A stretch of 64,000 bases of DNA from Arenicellales bacterium (GTDB lineage: Bacteria; Pseudomonadota; Gammaproteobacteria; Arenicellales; JAJDZL01): positions 2,743,999 through 2,807,998 of the forward strand of contig OX638343.1 in the NCBI GenBank assembly GCA_951813075.1, read 5' to 3'. A program made the translations under genes and the position numbers. This document shows, piece after piece, positions 61,353 to 64,000 of the stretch. The notes under the pieces are model-generated. The model was not told the DNA's origin, ran no database searches, and saw nothing but the letters and a program-made list of their open reading frames with translations. Positions within the stretch are counted from its first letter, which is position 1; each line of letters starts with the position of its first letter.

Positions 61353-61786
61353 ACTTATGGGGTGGCATTGTGGGATCACACTTCATGTGACAGCAAGCAA
61401 AGCTATCGGAGGGCGTTATAACTAACCGCGGGTGAGAACTTAATACCTTCAGATGCAGCGAGGACGAGTTGCCACTTTGACTAGTTCGATCAATTCCGGA
61501 ATTAATGGTATTTCCAGTCTGAACTGTGAATAAGCATTGATCAGTTATGCTCTGTTGCCAAAGGAGGGCTATCAAACTGAGTACGCTGATTGTCAGTACT
61601 CTCAATGCAATATCAGCAATTTGCAACTCTCGACAGATACGAACAAAATATGCTATTCTCTTTATTTTGAGGTTTGCGCTACCATTTACCAATTTTCTTC
61701 GGGTAAATTGACGAAATGGATGTCTGAAAAGTAGAGTTTGCCATATTTTTATACTATTAGAATTTCAACAATCTAGGGGAGAAACC

Positions 61787-62830
61787 ATGTTACTGAAACA
61801 TAAACTCGCACTGGCTTTTACGTTGTTTCTGGGAAGCATTCTCACAGTCAATGCAAATGAACTTTCTGTCGCTTCATGGGGTGGTTCCTATCAGCATGCA
61901 CAGAGTACTGCACTGTTTCAACCGGCTGCAGCTGCGATGGGCATCACCGTCAATGAGGAAACCTATGGCGGTATGTCGGATGTCAAGCTCAAAGTGAATG
62001 CTGGCGCAACGGTATGGGATATTGTTGCCAGCGGTTCCGGCGGTTGCGCGGCAGCCGCGGCGGAAGGAATCCTTGAAGAACTCGACTACTCGATAATTGA
62101 TGTATCTGACTTTTATCCAGGACTTTATATGGATCACTGTGTTGGAGGCGATGTATTTTCCACGGTAATGGCCTACAACACCGAAACTTACGGTGATAAT
62201 GGCCCTCAGAATTGGGCGGACTTTTGGGATGTCGAAAAATTTCCTGGAAAACGCGCCTACCGCGCCAAAGTGGACGGTGCTCTGGAGCCTGCAATCATGG
62301 CGGATGGCGTTCCAATTGATCAGGTCTATGAAGTCCTGAACAGTGTTGAGGGAATTGAGCGAGCATTGAATAAGATTCGCGAACTCAAACCCCATATCGC
62401 AGTATTTTGGACTTCCGGCGCACAGCACGCTCAATTGATGAAAGACGGCGAAGTCGATATGACGACTGGCTGGAACGGTCGATTTGACGTTGCGAAGAAA
62501 GATGGCGCAAAAGTGAGATATTCGTTCGATCAAGCATTATTGGATTATGACGGCTATGCCATACCCAAGGGCGCGGCGAATAAGGACCTGGCAATGCAGT
62601 TTCTCAATGAAATTTCCAAACCGCAGTATCAGGCAGAATTTGTGAAGTACATCACCTATGGGCCGACAAATAAAAAAGCTTATGACCTTGGTACCATTGA
62701 TGATGCATTATCACGCGCACTTCCCTCGCACCCTGACAATGTGAAATTGCAGGTGCCTGTGAGCATTGAGTGGTACAGCAAATGGAAACCAATCGCGGCT
62801 GAAATGTATGCTGAAATGCTAACAGAATAA
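61787..62830 (+). CDS. ABC transporter substrate-binding protein (family 1; PotD/PotF-like polyamine/amine type)
   Basis: 347 aa with a signal peptide (MLLKHKLALAFTLFLGSILTVNA). It opens with LSVASWGGSYQ.. as in PotD/PotF-like SBPs, and a PotA-like ATPase gene follows. Confidence 0.8.
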   Translation: MLLKHKLALAFTLFLGSILTVNANELSVASWGGSYQHAQSTALFQPAAAAMGITVNEETYGGMSDVKLKVNAGATVWDIVASGSGGCAAAAAEGILEELDYSIIDVSDFYPGLYMDHCVGGDVFSTVMAYNTETYGDNGPQNWADFWDVEKFPGKRAYRAKVDGALEPAIMADGVPIDQVYEVLNSVEGIERALNKIRELKPHIAVFWTSGAQHAQLMKDGEVDMTTGWNGRFDVAKKDGAKVRYSFDQALLDYDGYAIPKGAANKDLAMQFLNEISKPQYQAEFVKYITYGPTNKKAYDLGTIDDALSRALPSHPDNVKLQVPVSIEWYSKWKPIAAEMYAEMLTE

Positions 62831-62857
62831 ATTTTGGCATTAGGGAATCCGGGAGTT

Positions 62858-62883
62858 AGGGAAGGTTCTTTCGAGAACCTTCC
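62858..62883 (+). promoter_or_regulatory. Intercistronic stem-loop after the SBP gene (10-bp perfect stem)
   Basis: gggaaggttc / tttcga / gaaccttccc followed by tcgcaattttt. It lies between the SBP stop (62830) and the ATPase start (62896). Confidence 0.5.
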
Positions 62884-62895
62884 CTCGCAATTTTT

Positions 62896-64000
62896 ATGGT
62901 ATCGCACAGTGAAATCAAGGAGCAGGCACTTCGGATATCGATCCAAGGTGTGACCAAGACCTATGGTGACTTCTTCGCTTTGAACAATGTCAGTCTCGAT
63001 ATCGAGGCGGGTGAGTTTCTGACGCTGCTCGGGCCATCCGGGTCCGGGAAAACAACACTTCTCATGGTACTGGCTGGATTCATTCGTCCGAACCAGGGCC
63101 AAGTATTTTTCGGGTCTGAAGACATCGTGTTGAAACCTCCACATTTACGTGGCGTCGGCATGGTATTTCAAAATTACGCCCTGTTTCCTCACATGAGTGT
63201 TGAGCAGAATGTCGCCTACCCTCTAAAGTTGCGGCGTAAAACAAAAGACGAAATTTCGCAGGGAGTTCAGGAAGCGCTTGATACTGTAAAACTTGCCGGG
63301 CTCGGCAATCGAAAAATCGGACAGTTGTCAGGAGGTCAACGTCAGCGGGTTGCCTTAGCGCGAGCCATTGTGTTCAAACCGAAAGTCCTTCTTATGGACG
63401 AACCACTTTCTGCTCTGGACAAGAAACTTCGCGAAGAAATGCAGATCGAATTGCGTCGTCTGCATGACAATCTGGCAATTACAACCGTTTATGTAACGCA
63501 TGATCAGAAAGAAGCGCTGACCATGTCAGACCGTATTGCCGTTATTAACCATGGCATTCTCAATCAACTTGGGTTACCGCAAGAAATCTACTCGAATCCA
63601 ACGAACGCATTTATCGCCGACTTTATTGGTGAATCTACACTTTTGCCGGTCGAAGTGCGTGATTCTACACCGAGATTTGGCGAATCTATTATTTCTGTCA
63701 ATCACGATGTTGGTTCGGATGGCTCTTACGTACTTGTAGTCCGCCCTGAAAAGTTACTTTTGGTAACGGATGAGTCGACCGCACCGAATCGATTCCCCTG
63801 CACTGTTGAGGAATCGATTTTTCAGGGAGAGAGTCAACTCTTGATAGTTCGCCTTGACACCATGAAATCAGGCGACAAAGAACCATACCGTCTGAATGTG
63901 AGGATCGCAAACACCTCCGCCAACAGCGCGGTGATACCGCAGGTTGGGGATTCAATTTGTGTAGCACTTGAAAAAGTCGACAGTTTTATTGTCAAGCAAG
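62896..64000 (+). CDS. ABC transporter ATP-binding protein (PotA/CysA-like), 3' end beyond the window
   Basis: It is not in the ORF track because no stop falls inside the window. My translation reads MVSHSEIKEQALRISIQGVTKTYGDFFALNNVSLDIEAGEFLTLLGPSGSGKTT (Walker A), LSGGQRQRVALARA (signature) and LLMDEPLSALD (Walker B). The frame stays open to position 64000. Confidence 0.9.
   Translation, partial: MVSHSEIKEQALRISIQGVTKTYGDFFALNNVSLDIEAGEFLTLLGPSGSGKTTLLMVLAGFIRPNQGQVFFGSEDIVLKPPHLRGVGMVFQNYALFPHMSVEQNVAYPLKLRRKTKDEISQGVQEALDTVKLAGLGNRKIGQLSGGQRQRVALARAIVFKPKVLLMDEPLSALDKKLREEMQIELRRLHDNLAITTVYVTHDQKEALTMSDRIAVINHGILNQLGLPQEIYSNPTNAFIADFIGESTLLPVEVRDSTPRFGESIISVNHDVGSDGSYVLVVRPEKLLLVTDESTAPNRFPCTVEESIFQGESQLLIVRLDTMKSGDKEPYRLNVRIANTSANSAVIPQVGDSICVALEKVDSFIVKQ

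Overview
64-kb chromosomal window, moderately AT-rich. Gene order fits Gammaproteobacteria: rpsU; rplU-rpmA-obg-proB; rpsT-[insert]-murJ-[insert]-ribF-ileS-lspA. Gene content fits a marine organic-acid and osmolyte scavenger. It has three TRAP systems (two DctPQM-type, one TAXI-type with a fused permease) and three more solute-binding proteins. It also has a methanethiol-oxidase cluster (mtoX, SCO1-like, MauG-like), a non-pyrrolysine MttB-family methyltransferase divergent from two flavoproteins, acetoacetyl-CoA synthetase, and an orphan molybdopterin oxidoreductase. I saw no rRNA, tRNA, CRISPR array, prophage or intact mobile element. Accessory or decaying content is conspicuous. There is an AbiEi/AbiEii pair, a single-chain triple RidA-domain protein, and five dead IS fragments: an IS21 IstB piece, two IS1595-family remnants bracketing a 3.3-kb cargo, an unassigned DDE transposase, and IS110. 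By my own coordinates, about 9-10 kb (about 15%) of spacer lacks intact ORFs, and some spacers hold single reading frames broken only by a few stop codons. I did not find a convincing new multi-gene system. The most unusual items are the 3x RidA fusion, a thiolase-fold protein that appears to lack its catalytic residues at the end of a TRAP operon, the IS1595-bracketed cargo, the MttB/flavoprotein cluster, and the gene-decay pattern. All family assignments come from reading motifs by eye; no database search was run.
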